Shown here in pieces: positions 49,591 to 63,258 of a stretch of 64,000 bases of DNA. The notes under the pieces are model-generated. The model worked only from the letters and a program-made list of their open reading frames with translations, was not told where the DNA came from and did no database searches. This stretch comes from Octopus sinensis. Taxonomy: Eukaryota. The translations under genes were made by a program, and so were the position numbers. The stretch is taken from contig NC_042999.1 of assembly GCF_006345805.1 (NCBI RefSeq), forward strand, positions 128,030,001 to 128,094,000, read 5' to 3'. Numbering within the stretch: position 1 is the first letter of the stretch; every line of letters starts with the position of its first letter.

Positions 49591-49600
49591 TATATATATA

Positions 49601-49631
<31 letters not shown>

Positions 49632-50579
49632 GCTACTTTTTATTTACCATTCAGCCTCCAGAACTCATCTTTCTTTGTTATTGTACTTCTCTCATTTTTT
49701 TTCTGCTTGTGTTCATCTACCATATCCACTCAGTTAAGCCCTAGCAGCTTTTGTTGCTAACACAAATTGAACAATATTGTCAAAAGGTGTTGAAATCGTG
49801 ACAATATTTGGGTAACAAGTGATGAGGGATTGAGTGTGTCTGCATCCATTTTGTGTGTTTTTTTCTTCTGTTTTCTGTCCCTCCTGAGCCACATAGAGAG
49901 GGAGGGAGAGAGAGAGGGAGAGAGAGAGAAACGACTTGATGTCAAACCACCACTGCAACTATCATGCACTCTTCAGATTTTAAAGTTCATATAGTTTTTC
50001 CAGCAGATATTTTTCTCATTTTTCTCTATCTCTCTTTAATTCTAGCTGCATATAGATAGGCAGCTTATATAAATATATGGATTCTTCAAAATATAATGTA
50101 ACTTGTCATTATGCATTGAGACAGTCTTATGACAAATTGATTACTCCAAAAATAAAATTTAAGAAAATTTTAATCTGAGAGGAACAGTATTTTTACTGGT
50201 TTCATATGAAAAGAATAGTATTGGTACTAGTTTTCTCTGTCACACTACATGACAATAAGAATATCAAGTATGAAATCACAGTCAAGATAACTAAATACAT
50301 TCCTAAAACAATATACACAATTAAATTTAAACTGCAATCATATTTTGACTGTCATTCTTAAAATTTAGAACAAACAACTTGTGAAAACTAGTTTTAGAAA
50401 TTATTCATTTGTTGCAACAACAACAACATTTGATAATTTTACATCTATCTTTCTATGTTCACTTTAGATCAATCTCTTCTCTGTCACATTATTTTCTCCA
50501 CAATTATTTTATTTCTTAATATTTTGCTAACTTATTTCTTGTTTCTCTCACTGTTTTTCATTAATCCACAATAATGTAC

Positions 50580-51240
50580 TTCCTCACTCTGCAGTGAAAG
50601 AATTACTCAGTCCATCCATTCATGTCTGCATCAGGTTGCAGATCTTCAATGTTCTTGATTGGTTGTGTGTTCTATGTTTTACCAGTGTCTGTTGTTAGCC
50701 TTCAGATCCTCCCAAAAGCTCATGGTCTTCTCTATCTTCTTTTTTCCTCTTGATGGTGTTAGCCTTAATGGAATTTTAACATTCTAATGATCTAGGTGCC
50801 ACATGATGTGACCAATGAATCACATTCTTCATTCCATCATCATGTCTTGGAGTCTTTATGATGATACTCTTCTTAAGACTTCTTTTGATGTGATCATGAT
50901 ATGAAGTTCTTGGGATTTTCTTAAGCGTCATTGATGAAAGCCATCCAAAGGTTTCATGATTTTCACATTTTTATATCATATTTTGCTTGCATAAAGCACA
51001 ATATATATATACAACGGTACTTATTGTGATGTTGATGTCCTGTGTGTTCATGACCAAAAATTAGTACATTTGCCAGAATACTGCTGTCACTATTAGGATT
51101 TTGCATTTAATGTCAGTTTCATCATCTTTATCTTTGTACAGAACATTACCAAAGTATATGATTCAGCTCAGGTCTTCAAGAGGCTATTCTTTAATCATCA
51201 AGGTGATGCTCCTTGGTTTTCCTTAGATTTTGTTTCTCTC
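50580..51240 (-). mobile_element. RTE-clade LINE 3' fragment (heavily degraded)
   Basis: Remnants of YLGS...RIAI...LYAS...LRKI...DHI...RRLRW-type motifs. The 3' end is shared with about 52700-52800. Confidence 0.4.
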
Positions 51241-51315
51241 TGTTCTTTCTTAGACCTGTTTTCTTTGTCTCTCAGTTACTTTGTCTTTGTCTCTCAGTTA
51301 CCCTATTAATTATTA

Positions 51316-51516
51316 TGAGGAACTGCTGAAAAGTTTCTAGCTGTAAAGGTATCATGAAAGGCCTGGTTGGGGGCCCAACCTTCCGAGTTCTTTTACAAGG
51401 CTTAGAAAAACTGAAGGATCACTGCAATAAGTGTATGAACTTGAGATGGGGGGATATGTTGAATAAAATCATAATTTTCTTTTACCCAAAGCCAGGAACT
51501 TTTCAGCAGCCCCTCA
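51316..51516 (+). mobile_element. Mariner-derived MITE (201 bp)
   Basis: TA|TGAGGAACTGCTGAAAAGTTTCTAGC ... GCCAGGAACTTTTCAGCAGCCCCTCA|TA. It keeps a transposase C-terminal remnant (GLEKL...KCMNL..GYVE*). Confidence 0.8.
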
Positions 51517-54431
51517 TATTAGTGAAGTCCTAGTTGGCTAACTGTCTCTACTATGGCTTTACCAGAAGCCATATTCATTGCAGTTGACTGCTTTTTCATG
51601 ATGAAATCTAGTTAACAGAAAAATAAAAATGGTGATGGTTTGCAAAGTTAACGAATTTAGGTGGTGATGTGAAAGTATTTGTTTCTATTTTCTACCTTTA
51701 CACAGCAGTTGGACTTAAGATAAATGTTTCTAAAAATTCCAATGTAGTGCGCCATGATCTGTAGGTTTTTGTGATGCTCTATGGAGCCTTTAAAAAGTAT
51801 CAATAAAATTTATTGAAAATGGTCTTTGGAATTCCAAACAATTCATTGATATTCCATATCATACAGATTTATTCACACTATAACAATATATTGAACACTC
51901 TGTTCTGAATATTGGCCACATCCTACCTATTATTATTGTTAACCATTCAAAGATTACACTGTTATACTGTTCTAATCTTCTCATGCAAGAACACATTAAT
52001 GCCTTTCATTCTCAACCAATTTCTGACTTGAACAAGACAGTCTTTTGCATTTATAAATATTCAATCACAATTGATATTCAATAAATCTTAGCTCTCTTCA
52101 CTAATTATTTCTTGTTTCTGATGATTATATTATCATATCATATTATACCTTTATTATAGTAATTATACAATCTCTTCTTCATGTGAAAGAGAGAGAGAGA
52201 GAAGGAAGAGAGAGAAAGAAGGAAGGAGGGAGGTTTATTATGGACAGAATTAATTCCTTTTAAACATGAACTAAATAAACTTCATTACTAATTTACATTA
52301 TTTAACCTAATGTAATCCTTGTTAAATATAATGCTTTGTAACTGATGGTTCCTTGGAATAACATTGTAAACTTAGTCTTGGTGCAGTATATCTAACCTGC
52401 TTGAGTTCAAGTATTTTCCAAGTTGAATCTGTAGATAAGATTTGGGGGCTCCACATTGTAAGCTTACAAAGTATGAGCCAGTTATATAGTAATCTGCTGC
52501 TAGCAGTGCTGAACTGTATCTCCACACAATGCCTATCAACACTTAATAGTTAGATTGGATCCATGTTTACATTAGATCCATCTCTGCTCCATGACATTAT
52601 TACTGCAAACGTTTGTGTTGCTCTTCATTGATTATTTCTGAATACTTCATCTATTCATTTCGCCTTTCTGTTACTCTTTAATTCCCAATAATATACCTTC
52701 TCACTATGCACTGAAGGAATTAGCCACTCAGTCAATCAATCCATCCCACCTATGTTTGTGCATCAGATCACAGTTCTTAATTGTTCTACATTAGTTGTGT
52801 GTTTTATGATTCAAATCTTCTCTAAAACATAAAGTGTATGCTATCCATGCTCTGTTTCAGGTGACAACATACAAATCATTGCTCTTATTATTGTATCTTT
52901 TTATTGTTTCTTCTTAGACTATTGTATCTTATTAGACTTGCCTTTTAATTCTTAGATCTGTTACATATGACTTGAGTACTCTGATCATGGTATGGTTGAC
53001 CGATTATAATCATTGAAAATCTGTGCACATCATCAGTTTAACAAACACACTAATCTTTTGTACTTTAGGATAATTTATGACATGACTTAATCTCTGCTAT
53101 ATACTGAATGAATGCTTGTTGATCTCTGTAGATGTCAATACACCAATGTCATAGCAATATTCCTTTGAACTGAAATATGTTTTCCAAGCTTCATGCCTTC
53201 ACTTATTTTCTAAATTTTGAATTCTGTTGGACACTTATGAACTTAAAAAAAAAAGGAAGCAAATGAAGTTAAGAGAATATCCCCAAAATAATGTGGCTGT
53301 GTGGTAAGAAGCTTGCTTCCCAAACACATAGTTCTGGGTTCTGCCCCACTGCATGGCACCTTGGGCAAGTGTCTTTTACTGTAACCTCATGGTCAAACAA
53401 AGCCTTGTGAGTGAATTTGGTAGACAGTAATTGAAAGAAGCCTGTTGTATGTATGTGTGTGTGTGTGTTTGACTGTTCCCCACCACTTGACATCTGGTGT
53501 TGGTGTGTTTACATTCATGTAACTTAGCAGTTTGGCAAAAGATATCAATAGAATAAGTATCAGGCTTAAAAAAAAAAACAAAAAACAGTACTGGGGTTGA
53601 TTAATTTAACTAAAAAATTCTTGAAGGAGGTGCCTCAGCATGGCTGCAGTTTAATGACTGAAACAAGTAAAAAATAAACGATAAAATGAAACTTGACTAA
53701 ATAACTGGTGTTAATAAAATATATTTAGATATCCAGCTGTATACCATTGGGCTTGAGTGTAACGGCAACATAGGCTTTGCATAAACATATATTTCAGTTT
53801 CAGTAGTGTAGTTTGATTATTTATAAATTAAAGACACTATAATCTCTTGTAAATTACTCTGTATTAACCAGTTCTTGATACAGTGTTGTCAAATGTTTGT
53901 TTCCACTCATTCTGTTCTTGAGATAAGTCTGATAGTAGTGAAGGTTTACTCTGATCATGTTTAAGAAGTTTAATGTAAGGACAATTATGTTGTCATTCCG
54001 CAGAGGTGAGGAAGTACAGTTATTAGGAATAAGGAGAAGAAAAATCATGTTCTATGTAACCTATTATTGTTGTTTAACCCCAGGTCAGTTTTAATCAAGT
54101 GAACCTGTCATGATCATCCCACATTTTTAGTCTTTCTGACTCATTGTATCTAGGATCACATTATTCAGTGTGTCTTTATACTTTCTTTTTCCTTTTGTAA
54201 GATATTAGGGTGTAATTCAAGGGGAAATTAGGCTGCTGTTTGTAGTTGGAGCCTCCATGAAGTTCTCTAACTGCTTGTTGTTTATGTTGGTGATGTGTAT
54301 CTGTTAACTTACCTTTATAAACAGAAATGTCAACATTCATGGAAACTTTTAAAATTTGCAATAACTAACAATAAGATAATATTTTTGTTGACTGATTGCT
54401 TGTCATTCATTTACTTTACTTGTCATTGCAG

Positions 54432-54555
54432 GAAGACTTTCATTATGAGTACACTGAGTGTGATCAGTATGGAGGACGGTGGAGAGTTTCTGTCCCAGAA
54501 CCAGACAAGTGTGCTGGAGGGACGCCTAATAATATTACTAGAGGAAAAGACTGTT
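54432..54555 (+). CDS. ELAPOR: ELAPOR coding exon 2 (124 nt, phase 0 to 1)
   Basis: Acceptor ttgcag| and donor |gtaagt. Translates EDFHYEYTECDQYGGRWRVSVPEPDKCAGGTPNNITRGKDC, matching the ELAPOR signature YHYEYTxCDxxGxRWRVxVP...C...GxxC. Confidence 0.95.
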
Positions 54556-54982
54556 GTAAGTATATTTCACTATTACTAAATTGTTATCTCAGTACAATTT
54601 GTCTCCAAGTAAGTTCTCACAGCTGAGATGCAAATGAAGTGTGTCGGAGTCAAAGTTAGGTTGTAGATGTACGGGCAACATTTTTGGACACTATACTTCC
54701 TCTTGGGCTTTTACTGGTTCCAGTCATTAGATTTCAGCCATGCTGGGTACATTTATGCACATACTTAATAATAAATGTTTTTCCTGATTACCATTTAATG
54801 ACTGTTTTCTACTCTGGCATAGGTTGGATGGATTGATAGGCGCTGGAAAGCTACAGGCTTGCACCAAACTCCATTCTGCTTTGGCATGGATTCTATGGTT
54901 AGATGCCCTTCTGATCATAAACCACTTTATGGAGGGCATCAAAACAATCAACTTAGACTGAAATAAGAACTCAATATGTATA

Positions 54983-55026
<44 letters not shown>

Positions 55027-55499
55027 TATATATACACTCTCGGAGTGGTTGGCGTTAGGAAGGGCATCCAGCTGTAGAAACACTGCCACATCTGACTGGC
55101 CTGGTGCAGCCTTCGGGCTTCCCAGACCCCAGTTGAACCGTCCAACCCATGCTAGCATGGAAAGCGGACGTTAAACGATGATGATGATGATGATGATGAT
55201 ATATATATATATATATATTATATTAAATTAAATTAAATTAGACATTTCAGAAATGTAAATCCAAGATGAAAAAAATGTGTGTAGAACTGCCACTGGATTT
55301 ATATTATATATATATGTGTGTAAATATTGGTTTGTCTGGAAAGTTTGTGCTGATTTATAGTAGCTTACCTTTCGACTTGTTTTAGAACATGGTTGAGTCC
55401 ATAAAATAGGATTTGACTACACCTCCATTTAGAGCACAGTTTAAGTATCTTTTCGTGGAAGAAGGTTTATGTTCCTATAACCTGTGTTAATTCTGTAAC

Positions 55500-55985
55500 C
55501 CTTTAAAACAGAAGATAAGAAAGATCATTTTCGGCACTTGATGCTTTTCTTTTTCCGTAAAGGGAAAAATGCCTCTCAAGCAACCAAAGAAATATGCGCA
55601 GTTTACGGTGATGTTTCTTTATCTGAAAGAACTGCACAGAAGTGGTTCACAATGTTCTGAGCCAGAGATCGTAGCCTTATTGATGAAGAGCGATCAGGCA
55701 GACCATCCACTACAGATGATGACCAAATCAATTGAGAATAACCCACGTTGCACAATCCAAGAACCGGCAGAAAGCCTCAACCTTTCAAAATCCATCATTC
55801 ATGAGCACCTGGTAAAGCTTGGGTACACAAATCGCTATGATGACTGGGTACCACATGAGTTGAGTGAGAAGAACCTTTTGGAGTGCATTTCCATCTGTGA
55901 TTCGCTTTATAAATGGAATGAAAACACGCCTTTTTTAAAGCAAATTGTGACAGGTGATGAGAAATGGATTATCTACCGAATTTAG
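55500..55985 (+). mobile_element. Mariner transposase pseudogene (Mos1-like), 5' half
   Basis: HFRHLMLFFFRKGKNASQATKEICAVYG...ERTAQKWF...DEERSGRP, then a frameshift to ...YDDWVPHELSEKNL...FLKQIVTGDEKWIIY. The WVPHEL and TGDEKW motifs are present. Confidence 0.85.
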
Positions 55986-57589
55986 TAACTCCAAAGACAA
56001 GTTTTTGCTATCTGGTCCTAGGATATATTCTAGAATATACTCTTTTTAATATATTCCATCAGTTGGTCTTGCTGTGCTTGTGTTGTTGTTGTTTCATCCT
56101 GGATGAATCCTGATTGAGCAGACTTATAATTAAAAGCGTTCAATTTTGTTGTTTTAGGGTTATGTTGGTCTACATTATTTGATATGTTCGTTGTTTAAGA
56201 AAGTAAGATATGATTTCAGAGAGAGATCTGACTGCTGTTTCTTGCAGACTGAGGCTTCATCATAAGAATGGGCTTCTTATTCTATTCATTGCTATACTCA
56301 TATCTGAAGCATGGTCTTCTATTTGGCATAGTTGTTCTGCACTACTAAATAAAGAGAGGCATGTTTTTGAAGCTTGGGAATTACTTCATTGTAAAAAGCA
56401 AAAAAATGATCAATATCTCTTTTTCTGTAGAAGATATTGTTCTGTTTTGTGAAATTATTATGAAAGGTCTTCACTGAACTGTACATTTTGTTATCTGTAT
56501 GCTCTCACAGATTGTTATCATCCACAGTTAACTTAAAGAAACTAAAGTGTTTTTCTTTGTTTTTTTTTCTTTTAAATATTATAGATGTTGGCAATGACTG
56601 TGGTTAAGACGTTAGTGCTGCAGTCATGTAATTCCTGAATAGTCCCATTGTGTGCACATGGGCAAGTGTTTCATATTATAGCCCTGGGCTGACCAATACC
56701 ATGGGAGTGAATTTGGTAGGCAGAAAGCAGAAACTGTCTCGAAACCCACCACATGTATACATATATGTATACACACTTGTATACATATATGTGTGTGTGT
56801 AGATATATATATGCATATACATATGTATACAATATACATACATATATAATGTGTATATATATATATGTATATATATATATGCATGTATATACATATGTAT
56901 ATGTATGTACATGTGTGTCTTTATGCTTGTGTTTAGCCCCACCACCATTTAACAACCTTTGTTTGTTTTTGTTCTGTAACTTAGTGGTTTGGCAAAAGAG
57001 ACAACTACAATAAGTACCAGACTTAAAATATAAGTACTAGGGTTGATTTGTTTGACTAAAACCCTTCAAGGTTGTGCCCCAGCATGAACATAGTTCAGTG
57101 GCTGAAACAAGTTTATGATAAAAGGTAAAAAGATATATATTGTTGTGTTTATGTGACTGTCTGGTATGTGTGTCTCTTTTTATATGCGTATGTCAATGTC
57201 CTCGGTGTTCAGTCAGCCTACGAAGGTTAGAGACAAACTTAGTAAGTTGTATAAGCAATAAATAGTCAAGCACCTGTAAGAACTTATTTCACCAGTTTTA
57301 CATTATTTAGAATTACTCTTGGTTACACCTGTAGTGCAACATTCATTTTATAGTTAAAAAAAAGAAAACAGATTTAAAACATTCTTGATTTTGATCCTAG
57401 ATCATCACCTCTAACTTAATCTGTTTTCATTACTATTAAATGATGGTAATATTTTTAAAGCAAAAAAAAAAAGAAAGGAAATGAATTTGAACAATTGCTG
57501 TTTTTAATTCATTGATCTAGAACAAATAGTAATTTACTTTCATATGGGAATATATTCTGAACAGACTTAAAAGCTAACTACAGTTTTAA

Positions 57590-57810
57590 CCCTCCTGTAT
57601 TTAAACCGGCCATATCTGGCCCAGATATTTCTTCTGTTTTATGTTCAAACTGGTCTGATTTAACCTCTCACACCTACCCAATAATGTCATCCTAAAAATA
57701 GACAATAACAGCATCAAACTCTCAAAGTTATGAGACAAATACATCATTAATTCAAAACAATATGAATAAATAAGTTTTACATTTGACAGAGTAATTTGAA
57801 CACTAAAGGG
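57590..57810 (+). mobile_element. piggyBac-like MITE (221 bp)
   Basis: TTAA|CCCT...AAAGGG|TTAA. The body is homologous to 1373-1991. Confidence 0.75.
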
Positions 57811-59926
57811 TTAAAGAAGAGCTGTTCGGTTGACCTCTATTCTGAAATTTGTGAAGGTTTATTTGATTGTCCTCAACCACTCCACTACGTTTGCACTGAT
57901 ATCTAGAGTGAAAGCAATATTTGTTATTTTCTTCATTTCTATGTTTGTTCAATATTGGAGAAATCTCCATTTGTAATTCACGCTCTTTCAACTGGAATTC
58001 AGATATAAAGAAGTGATAAGAATTCACTTCACCATCATCATCATTTAATGTCCAGTCTTCATGCTGGCATGGGTTTGATGGTTTGACATGGAGCTGTCCA
58101 GACTCCAGTTGTCTATTGTGACACGATTTCTATGGCTGGATGCCCTTCCTAATGCCAACCACTTAACAGGGTGTGTTGGATGCTTTTTATGTGTCACCGT
58201 CATGCATGTGCTTATGCAGCACTGGCATGTGTGCATTTACACAGCACCGGCATGTGTGCGTTAATGCAGCACCGACATGCTTTTAAAGTGGCACTGGCAC
58301 CTGAGAGGATAAGCCTGTATATGTGGAAGACAGTGATTTTAATTAGATTGACGTGTCTTATCAAGTACAACAAATTGCCACATTTCCTAGCCCCATGTCA
58401 TTTCTTCAGTGAGTCCCAGTGTCTGAAGATTTTTTCTCACCATTTCGTCCCACGCCTTCCTGGGTCTGACTTGTAGTATTGTTCATTAAACCAAATAAGC
58501 ACCTATAAACACCTTTAGCTAGGGAACAGGGCAGCAATAGTGTTTTGCTGTTCGCCATTTTTGCCAACATGAGAATATTACTTCTGCTCCCCCCACCCCC
58601 TATAAATTAGATCTCTTCAGATTCCCTACCTCATATTTACAATCTTTGCTTTATGAAGTGGAAGTCAGAAAAGAGAAAATGTGCAGATAAGCAACTCTTG
58701 TTTTCCAATCTGGCACAATCTAAACCTCATTTTACAGTGCTAATTATAATTACCATTTTTATTCGTTAATTTATCTACTTACCCACACAGTATCATTTAT
58801 TCCATACCATATGTTATAGTAAACTTAAGAAAACCTGTGTTCTGGCACACAGTCATCACTATCTTTATCTGTCTTCCTGTTGCTCTCGCTCATTCTTGCA
58901 TAATGTTGGGAAACCGCATATCTTCTCTGTTGCAAGACATCTGCCTTGTCACTCTGGCATACTTTAGCCTTCAACACCTCACGTAAAGCCATCTCCTCTT
59001 CTCTCAAATACACTCCAACTCAGTTGAGAGAGCCTTTTCCTTTCTTTATGTTTCTTGCAAGTTACTTGGCTGCCTCACTAATGCTTGTGCTGCAAAAACA
59101 GGCCCCAGTGTCCCCTGTAAAGTGAATAGGAAGGGTATCCAGCCATAGAAACATTGCCAAAGCTCTAGACTCTGTCAAGCTATCCAACTCATGTTAGCTT
59201 AGAAAACAGTTCTTAAATGATAATGGTGATAATGATGAATAAAAACTAATAAAATTGAGGAAGAAGGCTGAAATGAGAGGAGGAGCTGGCTTTAATATAC
59301 AATGCAGAAGAATGGCAGAATTGAAATCTAATTTTGAAATTCTCCTTTCTATGCTGTTTTAATGATCAGTTTTTAAAAATAGATTTGAAAATTAATTTAT
59401 CTTACTTGAAAAATCTACTCTGATCAACAGTGTGTACTTTACAACATTTTCTTTGATGAAAGCCTGGAATAAATAGATTCTGAATTTTCCTCTTTTGTAT
59501 GAAGTTAAATTTGGCAAATATTTCCAATATTGCAAACAAAAGAATCATTGAAGTGTTTTATTCATTTTGATTGCTTTAGATTTTCATTCTAAAAACTAGT
59601 AAACGCTAATAGAATGTAATATAAATGTGAACAGGTTTTGTATAGAAAATGAGAGATTACCATGGTGATTATGAGATGACCAATTGAGTTTTCTAGGCTT
59701 TTGCTCCTGAGGAATGGAAACTCTTCAACAGGAGATAGACATAGCAAAAGATTTCAACTCTAACGAAGATAATGTTTGGCAATCACTTACTTACAGAATA
59801 CTATTGCAAAATTCTGCTCTTTTGTCACTACCACTATCATCATCATCATCATCATCACCGCCACCACCACCAAGATTGATAACTTATGTTGTCCTATTTT
59901 ATTTATTTAGTTATTTTCCTTTTCAG

Positions 59927-60140
59927 CCTATACATGTGAAGCTGGTCAGTACCTTGATATCCAAGGCAATCAAGAATGTTTGCGCTGTCCGAAAGGGTCA
60001 TATTCTCTTGGTGGTGGAATCCGATTTGATAGTTGGGACGAGCTACCTAAAGGATTCTACATTAAAACAGAAAAGTTCTCTGAAATTGGAATGCTATCAA
60101 ACAATGAAGAATATGTGACTGAAAAATCCAATTGTTCCAA
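59927..60140 (+). CDS. ELAPOR: ELAPOR coding exon 3 (214 nt, phase 1 to 2)
   Basis: Acceptor ttttcctttcag| and donor |gtaagc. In frame with exon 2 it reads (S)YTCEAGQYLDIQGNQECLRCPKGSYSLGGGIRFDSWDELPKGFYIKTEKFSEIGMLSNNEEYVTEKSNCS(K), matching the family Cys-rich repeat and the YSLGxGIRFDxWDELP motif. Confidence 0.95.
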
Positions 60141-63100
60141 GTAAGCTGTTTTCTTTCTCTGTTTGATCTTCCTTTCTCTTGCATGTTCTTGAAATGAAAT
60201 ATAACTATTCGGTTTTCCAGTCAGCACTCTTTCTTTCCATTATTAAATATTTTCAATAGAATTCCAGAAAGGCGACTCAAAGTAGTTTTGGCAATATTTG
60301 TATTTTATGAAGGTGATGGTGGTGGAGGTAACAGAAAGCCGTGAGAGTTGAATAGGATCTTTACTTTTAGTTCAGTGATTTGCAGTTATTAATTTAAATT
60401 CCCTCTGGAATTGACTTTGTCTTTTATCTCTATAAGGTCAATAAAATAAGTTAAAAGTAATGTATGTGGGCCCATTCAATTGATTACAATGGTTTTGTAC
60501 ATAAAAATTGGCCTTGTCAAAAGAAAATCAATAAATACTGCCCCGTCTTTCATAGTTGAAATGCTAACATTATGAAACATTTACACTAGATATTATTGAA
60601 AATCATTAAATTTATTCAGCCTTCCAAATTAAACTTGTACAGACAAGTAAATAAGGGAAGTCTCATTGTGGTCACTTGACCTGTTTGAAATTGTAGCCCA
60701 AGCTCCCTCAAATCACACTCTGCTATCTTAAAAAAGAAATTACACAGACATAGTTATAGATTTAAAAAAAATATAGGATAGATCTGCTTTGTAATACCTA
60801 TGAACCCTGGGGTTAAACAACATGATGCAGAAATATTTTTTCAAAATTTTTATTTCTATTTGAACTGCTTAGTATAGGATTCTGACATTTTCCCTTTATA
60901 TTTTGCTATTTATTTTTTTAAAATCTGATGTAAGAATATATCTTTTTTTTTTTACATGATTCAGTTATTAGACTGCAGCCATGCTGGGGCACTGTTTTGA
61001 AGAATTTTAGTCAAATAAATCAACCATAGGGCTTTATATTATTTGGAAAGCCCAGTACTTATTCAATCAGTCTCTTTTGCTGAACTGCTAAGTTACTGGG
61101 ACATAAGCGCACTAACACCAGTTGTGAAACAGTGGTGGGAGACAAACACAGACACACTCACATAGGCACACACACACACGTATGTATGTATGTATAAAAA
61201 CTAAATAAAAAATGGAACAAGATCGTAACAGGTGACAACAAAACATTCGGACAGTTAGATGATATAAAAATGGAGAGGAAAAAACAAGGATGGGTCATTC
61301 AGAGCTTTCAATTTTCAGTCAAGTACCAGATCGTCCTAGCAGTTTCGGCTTGTTACTCTTGAGACTGCTCTAATCTGGCCAGCTCCATGTATACATTTCA
61401 ATTTCTGTCTTCTAAATCCACTCAGAATGCTTTGGTTAGCCTGAGGCTATAGTAGAAGACACTTGCCCAAGGTGTCATGTAGTGGGACAGAAATGAGAAA
61501 TATGTGGTTAGGAAACAAACTTCCTACCACATATATATGCTCTTTTAAAATATAAGAACTAAGGCAGTTAGTCATGTTCTGTTGAATAGGTTAATTCATC
61601 AAATTTAGAGTCACTCAGAAAATCAGATAATCTGAGTATGATACACCATGTCTAAGAGTAAGCTGTAACAAATACTGATGTCAGGATTATATAACCAGCT
61701 TTCCTGTCACTAAGCCTTGCCTTGCATTTTTTAAATTTGTTGTTGCTAATACTTTTATAGCTTAGCCCCAGGTCAAATCTTGATCAGGCAATCTTATAAT
61801 CAAATATGATCCAGTCACGACCATCAGAGTTTGAATTATCTTTTATCTTCTATTTTTTGCTTGTTTCATTCACTTGACTGTAGCACCACCTTGAATTTTT
61901 AGTCCAATGGATCAACTCCAGTACTTATATTTTTAAGCCCGATACTTATTCTATTGGTCCAAAACAACACTGGTTGTCAAGAAGTATTGGGGGTACAAAC
62001 ACAGATACAAAGATGTATGTACATACACACACACATGCACTTTCTGTCTACCAAGTCTATAGTAGAAGACACTTGCCCAAGGTACCATACAGTAGGACTG
62101 AACCTGGAACCATGTGGGTGGGAAGCAAGCTTCTTACCACACAGCCATGCCTGTGCCTATGCTGAATTATTCTGTGCATCATAATTAGCACAGAACTGAA
62201 TTGTGTCCAGGCATTTTCTTAACTCTAATGTTATAACTAAATTTAAATTGGACTATGCAACAACAGCAACAAAAATAACTAAAAAGAAATAGTTAAAAAA
62301 AAGCACCCTTCACTTTTGTGATATACTTTACATCATAAATCAAAAATATTTCTTCCTTGCAATGTTTACTATTTTTCTTCTTTTTTAGAGCAGATATCAA
62401 TTAAATGTCTTTATTTAGAGTCTTAGGCATTTATAATGAATTAGAAATGAAATTATAACTCCACAGATAAGAAAGCATTTCAGCTTCTTAAGTTAGATAA
62501 CCAAATATCTAACATAGGTTATCAAACCATAGGGGCTGATTATCTTTACACTACTGCTATATACCAGCAGATATTCAGGATCAGCATTCCCCATATCAGT
62601 ATCATCAATGGTTGCCTTGAAACAATTATGGGTACTATCTTTTCTTTCTGACTAACATATTTAAAAATTGCAGAACTCTCAGCAAAAGTCTCCTTGACTT
62701 CATCATATCAACCCTTTTGTCTGACACCAAACTTGGCAATAACTGTACAGGATGTCTTAACAGTGTAATATATAGGTCACTAGGCAAAGCAATACAATGG
62801 GGTCATTTCATAAAAGCCACAGCATACATAAATTGGCATTAAGTCTCTACACTTGTGAGGGACCCCAGTTAACTTTGCAGTGAGTCCTTATACATACATT
62901 TATACATGCATACATATATGTATGCATACATTTATACATACATACATACATGCATACATACAACAATAATAATAATCATCATTTTAACATCCCCTGTCCC
63001 TAGCTTATCTGGGTTGGATGGATTATACTGAGGCAGATTTTCTATGGCTGGATACCCTTCTTATTTGCCAACCCTCATCTGTTTCGAAGTAAGGTCCAAT

Positions 63101-63209
63101 AACCAGGCCTTTTGTTTTTTTTTTGCAGAATATTGGGAAAAAAATTACATTACCTGTATGACATTGTCACTCATTTACAACTGTTATCCAATGTCAAAAC
63201 CAAAAGAGA

Positions 63210-63258
<49 letters not shown>

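Larger units (their letters stand above)
17607..54431 (+). other. ELAPOR intron 1 (36,825 bp)
   Basis: GT...AG boundaries. Exons 1 and 2 join in frame and give a contiguous family motif, so no intervening coding exon is required. Confidence 0.8.
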
